A stretch of DNA of 63,957 nt, filler included, from Octopus bimaculoides (GCF_001194135.2; 7 parts of 4 records of this genome joined end to end with filler, not necessarily neighbours in it), one strand, 5' to 3'. Counted from the first letter of the whole stretch, positions 10,860-23,778 are shown. Numbers and translations: made by a program. Notes: a model not told the origin generated them from the letters alone.

Positions 10860-11746
10860 CGAGGTGGTATCAAGAAGTTCCCGGACTAGTTCTGTTGCGC
10901 ACTAACAAATGGCAGTACACGGTTGCATGCACAGTGAGAGCTAGCAGTGACATTCATGAGGTGCTGAGAGACATCGCTGTGTTTACTTCACAAATTGTGA
11001 AATTTGTATTTTTGTGATCACGTGTATGCTGTAGTCTGCAATTTTGTCATGGACAGGAACAAAGAGCCAGCGTGAAATTTCGTGTTAAACCTGGGAAATC
11101 TGCTACGGAGACATTGAGCATGCTTTGGCAAGCTTACAGCGACGAGGCAATCGGTCGAACACAATGTTTCGAGTGGCACGGGTGCTTCAAGAGCGGAAGA
11201 CCGTCCCTGGAAGACGATGAGCGATCTGGAAGACCTGCCACGAATGTCACCCCCGAAAATGTGGTATTGTGCATCGAGAATTCGTCCCCCAGTGCCAGAC
11301 CGTCAATCGAGAGTTCTACTGCGACATTTTGAAGCCTTTGAGGGAGGACATTCGACGAAAGTGACCGGATCTGTGGAGCGCAAAGAATGGATTCATCACG
11401 ACAACAATGCACCCTGTCAATTGAACTCTCCAAAACAACATGGTATCACTTCCGCACCTGCCGTATTCGCCAGATTTAGCAGCTCTGGCCTTCCATCTCT
11501 TCCTCAAGATGAAAGTGCAGCTGAAAGGTCGCCGTTTTAACACCGTTGTCGGGATCCAGAGCGAATCGCAGTAAGACCTCGATTCGCTTACGGAAAGCGA
11601 CATCCAGACTGGATTACAAAAGTCGCAGGAACGCTGGTACCGGTATAGTGTTGCGCAAGGTGACTATTTCGAAAAAGGTGATCCTAAAATTTAGATAAAT
11701 AAGTTTTTTTTTTTTTTATTAAACATAACTTTTTGATACCTCCTCA
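10860..11746 (+). mobile_element. Internally deleted mariner transposon
   Basis: TIRs CGAGGTGGTATCAAGAAG and (reverse complement) TGAGGAGGTATCAAAAAG, both flanked by TA. Fragments are KSATET..QAYSDEAIGRTQCFEW..FKSGRPSLEDDERSGRP, WIHHDNNAP and HLPYSPDL. At 887 bp the central catalytic region is missing. Confidence 0.9.
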
Positions 11747-11980
11747 TACACAAGTTCAGTTAGTAACTGTTTATTGCATCTTTTTATTTTATTTATTAAA
11801 TTTTTTAAGTATAAATTTTCAACATTAAAGCAGTTTATTTTTTAAAATTTTCTCTGTGAAATAAGCCTCATAGTTATTTATTTATTTATTTTTTGCTTTC
11901 CAGTGTGACAGATTGCAGTAGATAAGCATTCGATAATTGCAACTTAAAGAGTCGATAAGGTACAATATCTTTGTAAGTGC

Positions 11981-12058
<78 letters not shown>

Positions 12059-12228
12059 TTGTGTGTGTGTATGTGTGTGTTTGTGGGTGTGCACGCGCAT
12101 ATATATTTGTATGTGAATACACGCATCGACACACAAGCGTATATGAAATATATTCAATTAGTTTCTCTCGGAATATGGTATTGATACAACGTGTTCGCAA
12201 TTGTTTTCTAATATTTTATATTTTAATA

Positions 12229-12490
12229 GGGCGATAAGCTGGCACAATGGTTAGCACGCCGAGTACAATGATTAGCACGCCGGGCACAATGGTTAGCACG
12301 GTGGGCACAATGGTTGGCGCGCCGGGCACAATGCTTAGCGGCACAATGCTTAGCGGCATTTCGTTCTCAGTTCAAATTCCGCCAAGGTCATCTTTTCGGG
12401 ATCGATAAAATAAATACTAACCGAGCACTGGGGTCGATATAAGCGATTAACATCTCCCCCTTACTGGCCTTGTGCTAAACTTTGAAACCA
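12229..12490 (+). mobile_element. tRNA-derived SINE, family A, with an internal ~21-bp tandem expansion
   Basis: Head GGCGATAAGCTGGCA followed by about five GCACAATGGTTAGCACGCCGG-like units, then GTTCAAATTCCGCC (B box) and the normal family A tail. Confidence 0.75.
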
Positions 12491-12719
12491 ATATTTTATA
12501 TTTTAGTAACCGTGAGGGCAACACATTTGGAGAACTATTAGTGTATCGATTGAAATGCCATGGAGTATTTAGCTATGACCCTTTGCACCTTGCGTTCGAA
12601 TCATACCAAAGTTCGTCTTCCACTATTCTAGGCTCGATAATAATGGTTTCAAATCTTGGCATAGGGCCAGCTGTTTTTGAGGCGAAGTGGGAAGTCAATT
12701 GTATCGACTCTAGTAATTC

Positions 12720-13050
12720 ACTGATACTTTTTTTATCGACCCCAAAAGTTTGAAAAGGCAAAGTTGACCTTGAGAATTTGAACTGAGAACATAAAGATGG
12801 ACGAAATACCGCTAAGCATTTTTCCTAGCGTGCTAAGTTTTCTGTTATTTGCCGCTTTATTGGTTTAAAATTTTGGAGCAGGGTCGGCAGTTTTAGGGGG
12901 CAAGTCGATTACATTGACCCACTACTTGGCTGGTACTTATTTTATCAACCCCCATCCCGAAAGGATGGAAGGCAAAATCGACTTCCGTGGCGGAATCTTA
13001 ACTTAAAGACGAACGAAATGCCATTAAGCATTCCGCCAACTCACCGTCGT
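12720..13050 (-). mobile_element. Two degraded family A SINE copies in tandem
   Basis: ATCGACCCC..AAAGG..AAGGCAAAGT(T/C)GAC and GAAATACCGCTAAGCATT motifs occur twice. Confidence 0.7.
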
Positions 13051-13116
13051 CATGGTCGATAATAATACATGTGCTTCAATAGACATAACTATACATATTT
13101 GAATTTTCTTGCAACG

Positions 13117-13515
13117 CCGTTCTGAGTTCAAATTCCGCCGAGGTCGACTTTGCCTTTCATCCTTTCGGGGTCGATAAATTAAGTACCAGTTGCGTACTGG
13201 GTTGATCTAATCGACTGGCCCCTCCCCAAATTCGGGCCGTGTGCCTAGAGTAGAAAAAAAAAAGAAGAATATTCTTGCATAGTTAAGGCGGCGAGCTGGC
13301 AGAAACGTTAGCACGGCGGGCGAAATGCTTAGCGTTATTTCGCCTGTCTTTACGTACTAAGTTCAAATTCCGCCGAGGTCGACTTTGCCTTTCACCCTTT
13401 CAGGGTCAATAAATTACGTACCAGTTAGGTACTAGGATCGATCTAATCGACTGGTCCCCTCCCCCAAAATTTCGGGCCTTGTGCCTAGAGTAGAAAAAAT
13501 ATTTTTGCATAGTTA
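13117..13515 (+). mobile_element. Two family A SINEs; the second (13287-13497) is full-length with an 18-bp target-site duplication
   Basis: AATATTCTTGCATAGTTA (13268-13285) and AATATTTTTGCATAGTTA (13498-13515) flank the second copy. Confidence 0.85.
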
Positions 13516-14086
13516 TGAAATATGTTATTAACGGTAATTTTATCTAATAACAAGTTGACGTCGATGGATTTGAACACGAAATATAAGGAGCCGAAATAAG
13601 TACTGGAAAATATTTTAACCATTCTGTCAGCTCACCGCTTTGCAGCATCTATACTAATGATAAACAAAGTATGGTAATAATGACGCTAATAGATAACAAT
13701 CAAAATTAAAATGATGAAAATAGAAAATAACACTAAAAATAAGTAAAAAAAAAAAAACGTTAAGCTAATGTAAAAGTGACTAGATCTATAGTAAGATAAT
13801 AGGAGGGTTGCGATAATGGTGTCGGAGGTAATAAAATCAGTATATACAGTACGATAAACAAACGAATCGAAGAGGACCTCAGGAGACAAGGGTCTTAGCA
13901 GCCGAATGGAACCGAACGAAGCTTATCTACGAGCATATACATTCAGACGTGAACTAGCACGTACACATACATACAAAAACATACACACACACACACACAT
14001 ACGCGCATCTACACATACGCCCAAGCACTCATATATTTCTGTATATATACACACACATAAATGTGTGTGCGTATGCGCGCGCGTGC

Positions 14087-14124
<38 letters not shown>

Positions 14125-15102
14125 NNNNNNNNNNNNNNNNNNNNNNNNNNNNNNNNNNNNNNNNNNNNNNNNNNNNNNNNNNNNNNNNNNNNNNNNNNNN
14201 NNNNNNNNNNNNNNNNNNNNNNNNNNNNNNNNNNNNNNNNNNNNNNNNNNNNNNNNNNNNNNNNNNNNNNNNNNNNNNNNNNNNNNNNNNNNNNNNNNNN
14301 NNNNNNNNNNNNNNNNNNNNNNNNNNNNNNNNNNNNNNNNNNNNNNNNNNNNNNNNNNNNNNNNNNNNNNNNNNNNNNNNNNNNNNNNNNNNNNNNNNNN
14401 NNNNNNNNNNNNNNNNNNNNNNNNNNNNNNNNNNNNNNNNNNNNNNNNNNNNNNNNNNNNNNNNNNNNNNNNNNNNNNNNNNNNNNNNNNNNNNNNNNNN
14501 NNNNNNNNNNNNNNNNNNNNNNNNNNNNNNNNNNNNNNNNNNNNNNNNNNNNNNNNNNNNNNNNNNNNNNNNNNNNNNNNNNNNNNNNTATATATATATA
14601 TATATATACGTACGCATGTATGTATACGCACAAATACATCCATGGAGGCATACATAAATATGTATACGTAAGTGTGTATATGAATATGTGTGCGAAATGT
14701 GTACACCCACACACGTGTGTATATATTTAGTCTGAGAGTGAAATTTATGGTAACACATTTAATTCTTTAGTTACGTGCGTGTGAATATAAAATATTAGTA
14801 TGAAGATAAATGGATCTGTTCAGTTTCAATCACAAATTTTTTAATTATATATTTTTTTTAACTACAGTTTGAAACTTCTGATACAATGTATCAGTAGTTA
14901 CTTTGTATTAAGTATAAATTGTATTACTTTTCAACCTTTGTATGAGATGCGACTGCTTTACATATAACAAGGACCTAGAGTTTCGTGTGTTAGCACTTTT
15001 GCTTACAATGTGTATATATGCATACATCGTATGCTCGTAAGAAAGTAGCCATGAACGCTGCCCTTCTGAGCAATGAATAATACATGCGTGTTTGAGTGCG
15101 CC

Positions 15103-15134
<32 letters not shown>

Positions 15135-15534
15135 TGCTTGTGTGTTTAATTCTCCAGCCTGGCTTTGCATGTAAGACTTCCGAGGGAATGCTGCCAGATT
15201 TCATAATCTTCAAAAGCAATTAATTGGCGAAGCCCCTCAGGCATTTACCATTTTGGGGAAATGTAATTTTCTTTTTATTTTTGTATCTTTATTTTTCTAA
15301 TCCATTCTGCAGTTTCCCTATACACAAGCCAACTGACCTTTCCACTGAGTACTCCCTTCTGGCTAGTAGGATTGTTCTTTTGAAGAAACTGGTCGCCCGA
15401 TCTCATTTTTCTCTACTCATTTCCAAATCAATGATTCCTACTTACAACAACAATAATAAAAAATATTAATCATAAAAGCAATGATGATAATGATGAATTA
15501 TAATGAAGATAATAATAATAGTAATGATAATAAT

Positions 15535-15765
15535 CCTTTCTACTATAGGCACAAAGTCTGAAATTTTTGGGGGAGGGGGCCGCTGGAATAGATCGACACT
15601 AGTACGTAACTGGTACTTAATTTATCGACCCCGAAAGGATGACAGACAAAGTCGATCTCGGCGGAATTCGAACTCAAAGCGAAAGGAGAGACGAAATGCC
15701 GTTAAGAATTTTGCCCGGCATGCTAACGTTTCTGTCAGCTCACCGCTTTAATAATAATAACAATG

Positions 15766-15822
<57 letters not shown>

Positions 15823-16462
15823 CTTATTCAGGGTTGGACTACTCGACCTGAAGAAAATTCTAACTGCGCTCCACATGCAAGGTCATGTGCTGTTTATCTT
15901 GATATGAGATCACCATGTCAAGCATATATGGTTGTTATGTATGTGCCTGGTGTACCCTTATCAGACGGTGATGGGTATATTGGGATTCGTATATTTGTAG
16001 CCCTGTGTCACTTTGATGGCATGCACTGCTCTCTCAATAATAATAACAATAATCCTTTCTATCATAGGCATAAGGACTGAAATTTTGGGGGATGGGGTAA
16101 GTTGATGGGGTAAGTCAATACTTTACTGGTATATAATTTATCGACCCCAAAAGGATGAAAGGCAAAGTCGACCTCGGTGGAATTTGAACTCAGAACGTCG
16201 GAACGGGCGAAAACCACTAAGCATTTCTCCCGTTGTTCTAATGATTCTGTCAGCTCACCGTCTTAATAATAATAATAATAATAATAATAATAGGATAGTC
16301 GATTACATCAATCCCAGTACTCAACTGGTACTTAATTTATCGACCCCGAAAGGATGAAAGGCAGAGTCGACTTCGTTGGAATTTGAACTCAGAACGTAGC
16401 GAGGGGCGAAATACCGCTAAGCATTTCGTCCAGCACGCTAACGATTCTACCAACTCGCCGCC

Positions 16463-16464
<2 letters not shown>
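15535..16464 (-). mobile_element. Three family A SINE copies (about 15535-15750, 16058-16265, 16295-16464) separated by (TAA)n runs
   Basis: Each ends on the plus strand in CTCACCGC/CTCGCCGCC followed by (TAA)n, with the family A body motifs. Confidence 0.85.
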
Positions 16465-16518
<54 letters not shown>

Positions 16519-16744
16519 TAAAACTAGAACAGCAACGGACCATGATAAAACGATGGCAAGAAAAGCCCCTACATGGTAAATACTGGGCTAAACTAAATGC
16601 GAAAGAAATAGACAGAGAAAAATCCCAGCAATGGCTGAGAAGCTCAGGACTCAAAGCAGAGACTGAAGGATTTTTAATTGCTGCACAAGACCAGAGCCTC
16701 CCTACCAGAAATTACCAAAAACACATAATGAAAAGAAATATAAC
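16519..16744 (+). mobile_element. 5'-truncated R4/Dong-like non-LTR retrotransposon fragment
   Basis: ORF 16542-16744 reads WQEKPLHGKY...WLRSSGLKAETEGFLIAAQDQSLPTRNY, the post-RT region of R4/Dong-type restriction-endonuclease elements. It begins directly after (TAA)n and is cut by a scaffold join. Confidence 0.8.
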
Positions 16745-16844
16745 NNNNNNNNNNNNNNNNNNNNNNNNNNNNNNNNNNNNNNNNNNNNTTAATTAATTAA
16801 NNNNNNNNNNNNNNNNNNNNNNNNNNNNNNNNNNNNNNNNNNNN

Positions 16845-17220
16845 CAATCGTCTCTCTTGCACGCCACAACTGATGCTTCTAATGTTCAGCTTTTCTCTCA
16901 AGATACTTACACTCTGATGGGTATTCACATTGACATTACACATCCAACGGAGCATACTGGCTTCATTCCTTGCGAGCTTACGTATGTCCTCAGCAGTTAC
17001 AGCCCATGTTTCACTGCCATGTAGCATGGTTGTTCGTACGCATGCGTCATACAGTCTGCCTTTTACTCTGAGTGAGAGTCCCTTTGTCGCCAGCAGGGGT
17101 AAGAGCTCTCTAAACTTTGCCCAGGCTATTCTTATTCTAGCAGCTACACTTTCAGCGCACCCACCCCCACTACTAACTTGGTCGCCCAGATAGCGGAAGC
17201 TATCGACTAACCCTCCGCAA
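16845..17220 (-). mobile_element. RTE-clade LINE fragment with an open frame
   Basis: VDSFRYLGDQVSSGGGC..RIRIAWAKFRELLPLL..VKGRLYDACVRTTMLHGSETW..EASMLRWMC (FRYLG and HGSETW motifs); 5'-truncated and ends in a gap. Confidence 0.85.
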
Positions 17221-17487
17221 AATCCCAAACTTTATTTAATTTGCTTTGTGGGAGCAACTGTTTTATCGAAAGTGTATATTGTTGTTAAATGCTCAAAATA
17301 TGAATGTAGATAAACAGCCAACAACCGATGAAGGGTCGTTCTTTATGTTGTTTGTATGATTTTCTATTTGTGTCTTTCGTTGTTCGAAAATACAGTTCAT
17401 ATTCCATGTACTCGTGCTTCATATTTTTTTGTTGTACACGTCTTGTGACATCCTGTGCCCACATATGCATTTGTATATATATATACG

Positions 17488-17521
<34 letters not shown>

Positions 17522-17940
17522 TATATTAATGTTGTTTATCATATACATACATGTACATATATATATATATATAAATGAAATATTCAAACACTGAGATTTG
17601 AAGTTAGATGTCACTACTGTTCATATCATCTGTGGATAAATTCAAAATTTGATGATATCACCAGTAGTAGCATTGGTGGAACGCCGTTATGATAGCTTTA
17701 AGGAGCTCTGAAATATCGTAATGATGCTTAATGAGCATCTACCTGCTAGAAATAAGAGCCATATATATAACAGAGTAGGGAGACAAGTCCAGGTAAATAT
17801 CAATTCAGTTTCAAATTTGGTTCTGACCACACATAGTATTAATTCCAGTTAAAATATTTAATGTAGAAAGTCCCAAGAAAATGTAATAAGGTAGACAATG
17901 GAAACAGATATGATAATTCTTTATTTATTTGTCCATATAT

Positions 17941-18302
17941 ATTCTTTTATTCTTTTATTTGTTTCAGTCATTTGACTGTGGCCTTGCTGGAGCACCACTT
18001 TTAATTGAAGAAATCGAACCCAGGACTTATTCTTTGTAAGCCTAGTACTTGTTTTATCAGTGTCTTTTGCTGAACCGCTAAGTCACAGGGATGTGAACAC
18101 ACCAATATCGGTTGTCAAGTGATGTTGGGAGGACAAACACAGACACACAAACACACACACACATGTATATATATATATATATACATACATGTATACGACA
18201 GGCTTCTTTCAGTTTCCGTCTACCAAACACACTCACTAGGCTTTGGTCAGCCCGAGGCTATAATAGAAATTGGTAAGCAAGCTACTTACCACACAGCCAC
18301 TC
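17941..18302 (-). mobile_element. Family B SINE with an internal deletion
   Basis: Reverse complement of the 4301-4702 body; GTGGCTGTGTGGTAAG head at the 18300 end. Confidence 0.85.
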
Positions 18303-18365
18303 CATATATTAATGTTGTTTATCATATACATGCATACATATATATATATGTGTTAAACTGTGGCC

Positions 18366-18400
<35 letters not shown>

Positions 18401-18444
18401 TGTATATATGTATGTATATATGTATGCCTGTGTGTATGGTTACA

Positions 18445-18665
18445 GTCATCTGTTTTGGCATGGATGTTTTTCCTACAGCTGGATGCTCTTCCAAAAACTA
18501 ACCACTTTACAAAGTGTACAGAGTGCTTTTTACATAACACTAGCACAGGTGCTTTTTACGTGGTACTAGTATGGATGCTTTTTACTTGGTACTTGTATGG
18601 ATGCTCTTTCTTGGTGCCAGATGATTTGATGTGACCTTGGTGCAGGTGTTTTTTACATGGCACCA
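18445..18665 (-). mobile_element. Family C repeat (RTE 3'-UTR-like), degraded partial copy
   Basis: TTCCTACAGCTGGATGCTCTTCC and repeated GTGCTTTTTACRTGG(C/T)AC subunits are shared with 23779-24075. Confidence 0.65.
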
Positions 18666-18774
18666 GTACTAATGACTGTCAATTGGCAGGTAAATTATCG
18701 ATTGTATTTTATGCAGTGCCACCCTATTTTATTTCAATATCTGAATCTCTAGGCCGTGGGCGAAGCGATATTTT

Positions 18775-18950
18775 GTCTGCTGCTATGTTCTGAGTTCAAT
18801 TTCCACTGAGGTCGACTTTGCTTTTCATCCTTTTGGGGGGTCGATAAAATTAATACCAGTGAAACACTGGGGTCGATCTAATCAACTTAATCCTTTTGTC
18901 TGTCCTTGTTTGTCCCCTCTGTGTTTAGCCCCCTGTGGGCAATAAAGAAA
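18775..18950 (+). mobile_element. Family A-type SINE (3' part)
   Basis: GTTCTGAGTTCAATTTCCACTGAGGTCGACTTTGC..GGGGTCGATCTAATC. Confidence 0.7.
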
Positions 18951-21900
18951 TAAATATTTGATTATCTAAGATTATATGATCCGATGTGTGCTTTTTTTTT
19001 AATGCTGATAGAATGTGATTTGAGACTGATTTGGTTACTATATCTAGCACATTGTTTACCCCTTGAAGGCTTCCTTACTTGAGCACAAACTATGATATTG
19101 GTACTTTTTTTTTTTAATAGTTTGCCTTTCAGTTGTCTATCGATTTTGGGTATGTAAGCTTGAAGTTCCCATAATACCAAGAATATTGGTATTTTGAAAG
19201 AGCAGCATTAGAATTCTTGTTTTGCTATCACAGAGGTAATTTTCTACTGGTGTGGAAAAATTTCACAAGATAAATGTAAGTGAAATAGAAGATATGGAGG
19301 GTTGGCAATTTCTGTGCAACATTCAACATACCTGAGTTGTAACTTAATCAGAAATAATAGCTTTATTTGATTTAAGTTCCAGAATTATCCTTTAGATGTG
19401 CTGAGGTTTAAAGTTCATCTTCTTGCAGCATTTTGACAGAAGATTGCTTAATGTTTGGTGGTTGGTCTTTGAAATGTCAAGCAATTGACTGTATCACATT
19501 CATGTGCAGAATGAATAAACATTTATCCTTTATTTATGAAGCACTGCTTAACTTTTTTCATACTTGTTTGCATAGAAAATTTTCTCAAATAAAATATGGC
19601 AGTTGCTTCAGATAAATAACTTGTGAATAACAGCATGATATGCTGGAATATCATATAGTATGATATTCTATACCATGTGATAGGCTATTCTATTTATAGA
19701 TATGCTCCATTGAATGATGGTAATCATATAAAATTCAATGTTTTAATGCTATGGAATTTGGTGATGTGTTCTTTTGACTTTCCATAGTATCTTATAAATG
19801 GTATGCTATGATTGTTCCGACAATAAGTCATAGTAGAAGTAGTAAATTTTGTTTGTTTATTAGATAACAAAATGTGATATATTGCACACACTACAGTATA
19901 ACAGATAGTGGCACTGTGTGATGTAGTATGCTATGATATGATAAATGTATTGGAGAGTAGCATTGTCTGATAGGTATTCAATATAAAATTGTTAAATTAA
20001 GAAGTTTAGTTTGAAGAAACCAAAACAGAATAGCAAACTGTAGCAGAAGTAATCAAAGCCAGCTTCACAGACTGCATCAATATATGTCCAATCTGGAGAG
20101 CAATACAACCAGGTTATTGAATACTGAATTACAAAAGTAAATTTATTATTCTCCTTATATGACATTCACAATGAGATCAGCTGTTGTGCTTCCCTCCTAA
20201 ATTGAACATTACGATAGATTTTACAGTGTAGCATTACACGAATGCTACAGCTTAAGTTATTTAGTTATTTCAAAATGTCTTCTTAATGTCATAACATTAA
20301 ACGTTTGCATGTGTGATACATGGTAAGCATTTACACTTTGAAAAGGGAAAAATATTTCATTTCACTAAAATGAATATGAGAGAAATTATGTTTGTCGCTA
20401 AAATGATTTATAGAAAACAAATCCAGGGGAAAGAAAGAAAGATTAATCTTTGCTTTTCAATTACATAAATTGTATCAATGTAAAAATCTTCTTAGAGTTT
20501 TCAATATTATAACAGTATGTCATTTCTATTTCTTTTCAGAAATGTTTTCTTTATAGATGGGTTTCAGTAGTAATGTGCTGAGAGCTATGATCATTTTACT
20601 TCCAGAATTCCCTTTCTCTTAATATCTAATGTGTAATACTTTCTGTAATTATTTTCTACAACAGAAAATAAGAGAACTACTTTCATTATACTATCAGCGT
20701 ATGAAGGGCCAAAAGAATTCCAATTAGATATGTGGCCAGTAGTGTTTTAGGCTGTGTTTCTTCATTAAAGGAAATATGATTTTAAATTGTGCTTCATATT
20801 AATTGCTCTGAATTCAGGAAGATCAAAAGAATATGATTTATTGATAGGGAAATAAATGATGGAAAGGCATAAAAAGATGCAGTTAACCTGATCAGTCTTA
20901 TTTATGTTAATAAGACGAGGAAACGCTAAGATAATAATAGCAATGATTATAATTCAGATGATAATGAATGAATAGAATTTATTTGAAGGATTTTGATTAT
21001 ATACTTTCTCATATTTCCATTATTGACTTTCATCATATTCATTATTATTGGCCTTGAATATTTTTTTTTTCCTTTCTGAATCTATTCCAAAATATCCTTC
21101 AATTAATTTCCAAAATATATTAGAAATTTGAAAAAATAAAATTCAAACAGGTTCAATGAAATCTTTAATGCATTAAATCTGTTATCAGCTGTAAATAATC
21201 TGAATCATGTCTTAATTGGAAGCATACACATTTTACTGCAACATGGAAAAGAAAACAGAAATGCTAACAGAAATTGATCTTCAGCTTTCCTTAGGTTACA
21301 CACATGATAGTCAATTAGTGTAATGGTAGTTTTTATTTTATTCAATTTTCAAAAACATGTCTGTTTCTGAACATAGCTTACCACAACTAAATCATTGTAT
21401 CTCATAAAAAGCATAGCAGATTAGCTTCTTGTTGCTTCTTGAGTTCATATGAAAGTTACTATTATCACATGACTTCAGCTAAAGGCACGTTATTGTAAAT
21501 TTTTATTATTACTAGTATTCTTTTTTAATGATAATATTAAACAAAATTCCTAATCTGATATCAAACCTGCAGGAATGGAAGATGCATATATACATGTGTA
21601 TATGCTCTCTTCCATTTTTAACTTTTCTTTTTCTAATTGTTCCTGCAAAAGAAGGAGTTGGTTTCTAACAAGGATACAAAGCTCCAACATCAGAATGTAG
21701 ATAACAAAAGCAAATTCACATTTTAAACTTGAAAAGAGACTTGCATATTTTTACTGTTCCTCTTACAGATTGTGAATGTAATGTGCATCTTAGCTGGTTG
21801 ATATACTTTTCTGAAAATCTCGGCTTTTTCAGATTGTCACTAAGGCATTTACTAACATAACTAAATACACCAATTATTATTGGTTTAAATGTGAATTCAT

Positions 21901-22111
21901 AATCTGAGAATAGATCCTGAAGGTTTCAAAACAGTTGTCCACAGTTAAGCTCTTTCTCTTTAATTTCAAAAAAAAATTCAGCATTAGCAGAGGTGCTAAC
22001 CACTGTGACAGTACTTACTATTGATTGACGATTGATGCTAACAACTATATCTGGCCTGTTGTGTTTGCTCTTGGTAGATATTTTGATGGACAAGTCCCAC
22101 TATGTGTTGAT

Positions 22112-22155
<44 letters not shown>

Positions 22156-22254
22156 TCGGTAACAGAGTGATTCTCTAAATGCATCCCAGGATAGATATTT
22201 TTACCAACATCATGTCACATTGGGAGGTAGTGTGATGATGATATTTTTAACAGT

Positions 22255-22472
22255 TGTAAGGCAGTGAGCTGGCAAAAACGTTAGCACACCAGGAGAAATG
22301 TTTAGCAGTATTTCATCTGTCTTATGTTCTGAGTTCAAATTCCACCAAGGTTGACTTTGCCTTTCTTCCTTTCGAGGTGGATAAATTAAGTACCATTTAC
22401 ATACTGGGGTCGATCTAATCAACTGGTCCCACTCCTCAAAATTTTGGGTCTTGAACCTAGAGTAGAAAAGGA
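22255..22472 (+). mobile_element. Family A SINE
   Basis: GGCAGTGAGCTGGCAAAAACGTTAGCAC head, GTTCAAATTCC B box, AGAGTAGAAAAG tail. Confidence 0.85.
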
Positions 22473-22681
22473 TATTTTTAGCAGTTGTTGATTACATGTG
22501 ATGTCTTCCACAGGCTCTGTTATCCCTTTTGCTTGTCAAGTGCTTCGTAACAATCTCCTGCTCTTGGATTGTAAATACATAGCTTTCAAATTGTGATGCT
22601 CTGTAGTGGTCCAAGAAATGCTGCACTTCATATTGATATTAATATCATCCTCAAGCTTTCAAGAAACATGTATTATATTTG

Positions 22682-23017
22682 TGCCGGTAGCACATAAAAA
22701 GTACCATCCAAACGTGGCCAATGCCAGTACCCACTGACTGGCCCTTGTACAGGTAGCATGTAAAAAGCATTATCTAAACGTGATCAATTCCAGGCCCTCC
22801 TAACTGGCTCCTGTGCCAATGGCACGTGAAAAGCACCCATTACACTCTTGGAGTGGTTGGCATTAGGAAGGGCATCCAGCTGTAAAAACATTGCCAGATC
22901 AGATTGGAGTCTGGTGCAGCCTACTGGCTTGCCAGTCATCAGTCAAACCATCCAACCCATGCCAGCATGGAAAAAGGGCGTTAAACGACGATTACGATGA
23001 TGATGATGATGATGATG
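22682..23017 (+). mobile_element. Family C repeat (RTE 3'-UTR-like) ending in (GAT)n
   Basis: GTGCCGGTAGCACATAAAAAG subrepeats, GGAAGGGCATCCAGCTGTA core, GGCGTTAAACG+(ATG)n tail. Confidence 0.8.
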
Positions 23018-23778
23018 CTTCACATCACAGTCTTCTTTGAAATATATTAGTCCAGTTGTTTTGAGGTTATATGGAAGGTCATCAGAAAAAGAATACTTCT
23101 TGAGGAACTCACTGCCAACTCATAAGATATTCTCTTTGCTTTTCAGCACCAGTTTTACCTATTTATTTTTGCTGCTTTTATTTAGCAGGTTCTGTTTAAG
23201 AGATACTACACAACATTTGAAGGTTATACAGTTCTATATTCAAGAGATGAGGAATTATGTATATTATCTACTTTATTTACATTCAACGGATATTTGTCCG
23301 CATCTTGTTTGGTGTACATCAGCTGAAACGTTGTGTTAACAACAAACAAGATGAGGACAAATATTTGTCAAATGTAAATAATGCAAAAAATGTATTTGAA
23401 GGTTGTCTGTACTGATCTCAAGCCTCTACCCACTTCAGCGCTTCTGGGGTAGAGCCTGACAATATCACAGGTTCTGTGGAAGTTTCTGGTTGTCAGGATC
23501 TTGTTGGTTTTAATGTCTATGGAGTGGATTTCCTCTACAGACTAGTCACATTTCCAAAATGTTGGAATTAACATTAACACTACAAATGCATCATGGGATA
23601 TTGTCTTGTTGCAGAAGGAGAGCTCTGACTGCTATATTTTTCTAAGTTTCTAAATCAGGTGCAAAAATCTCAGGTTACTGTATCTTTGTTCGCAGCACCT
23701 TCATGCATATGCATAAATATATTGAATATATGTATATGTGTATATTTCTATATATGTATATGTGTATGTATTTGCATA

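Larger units (their letters stand above)
21640..23640 (-). mobile_element. Old R4-like non-LTR retrotransposon split by later SINE insertions
   Basis: Pieces match the 42240-43575 copy: 3' UTR (GGAGTTGGTTTCTAACAAGG..), SQFESYVFTIQEQEIVTKHL, and LKSKENILVGSEFLKKYSFSDDLPY. Interrupted at 22255-22472 and 22682-23017. Confidence 0.7.

Noticed and set aside
17324-17400. CCGATGAAGGG start shared with the 1355 family
   Set aside because: There is no matching stem II partner or GAAAC-stem III downstream.
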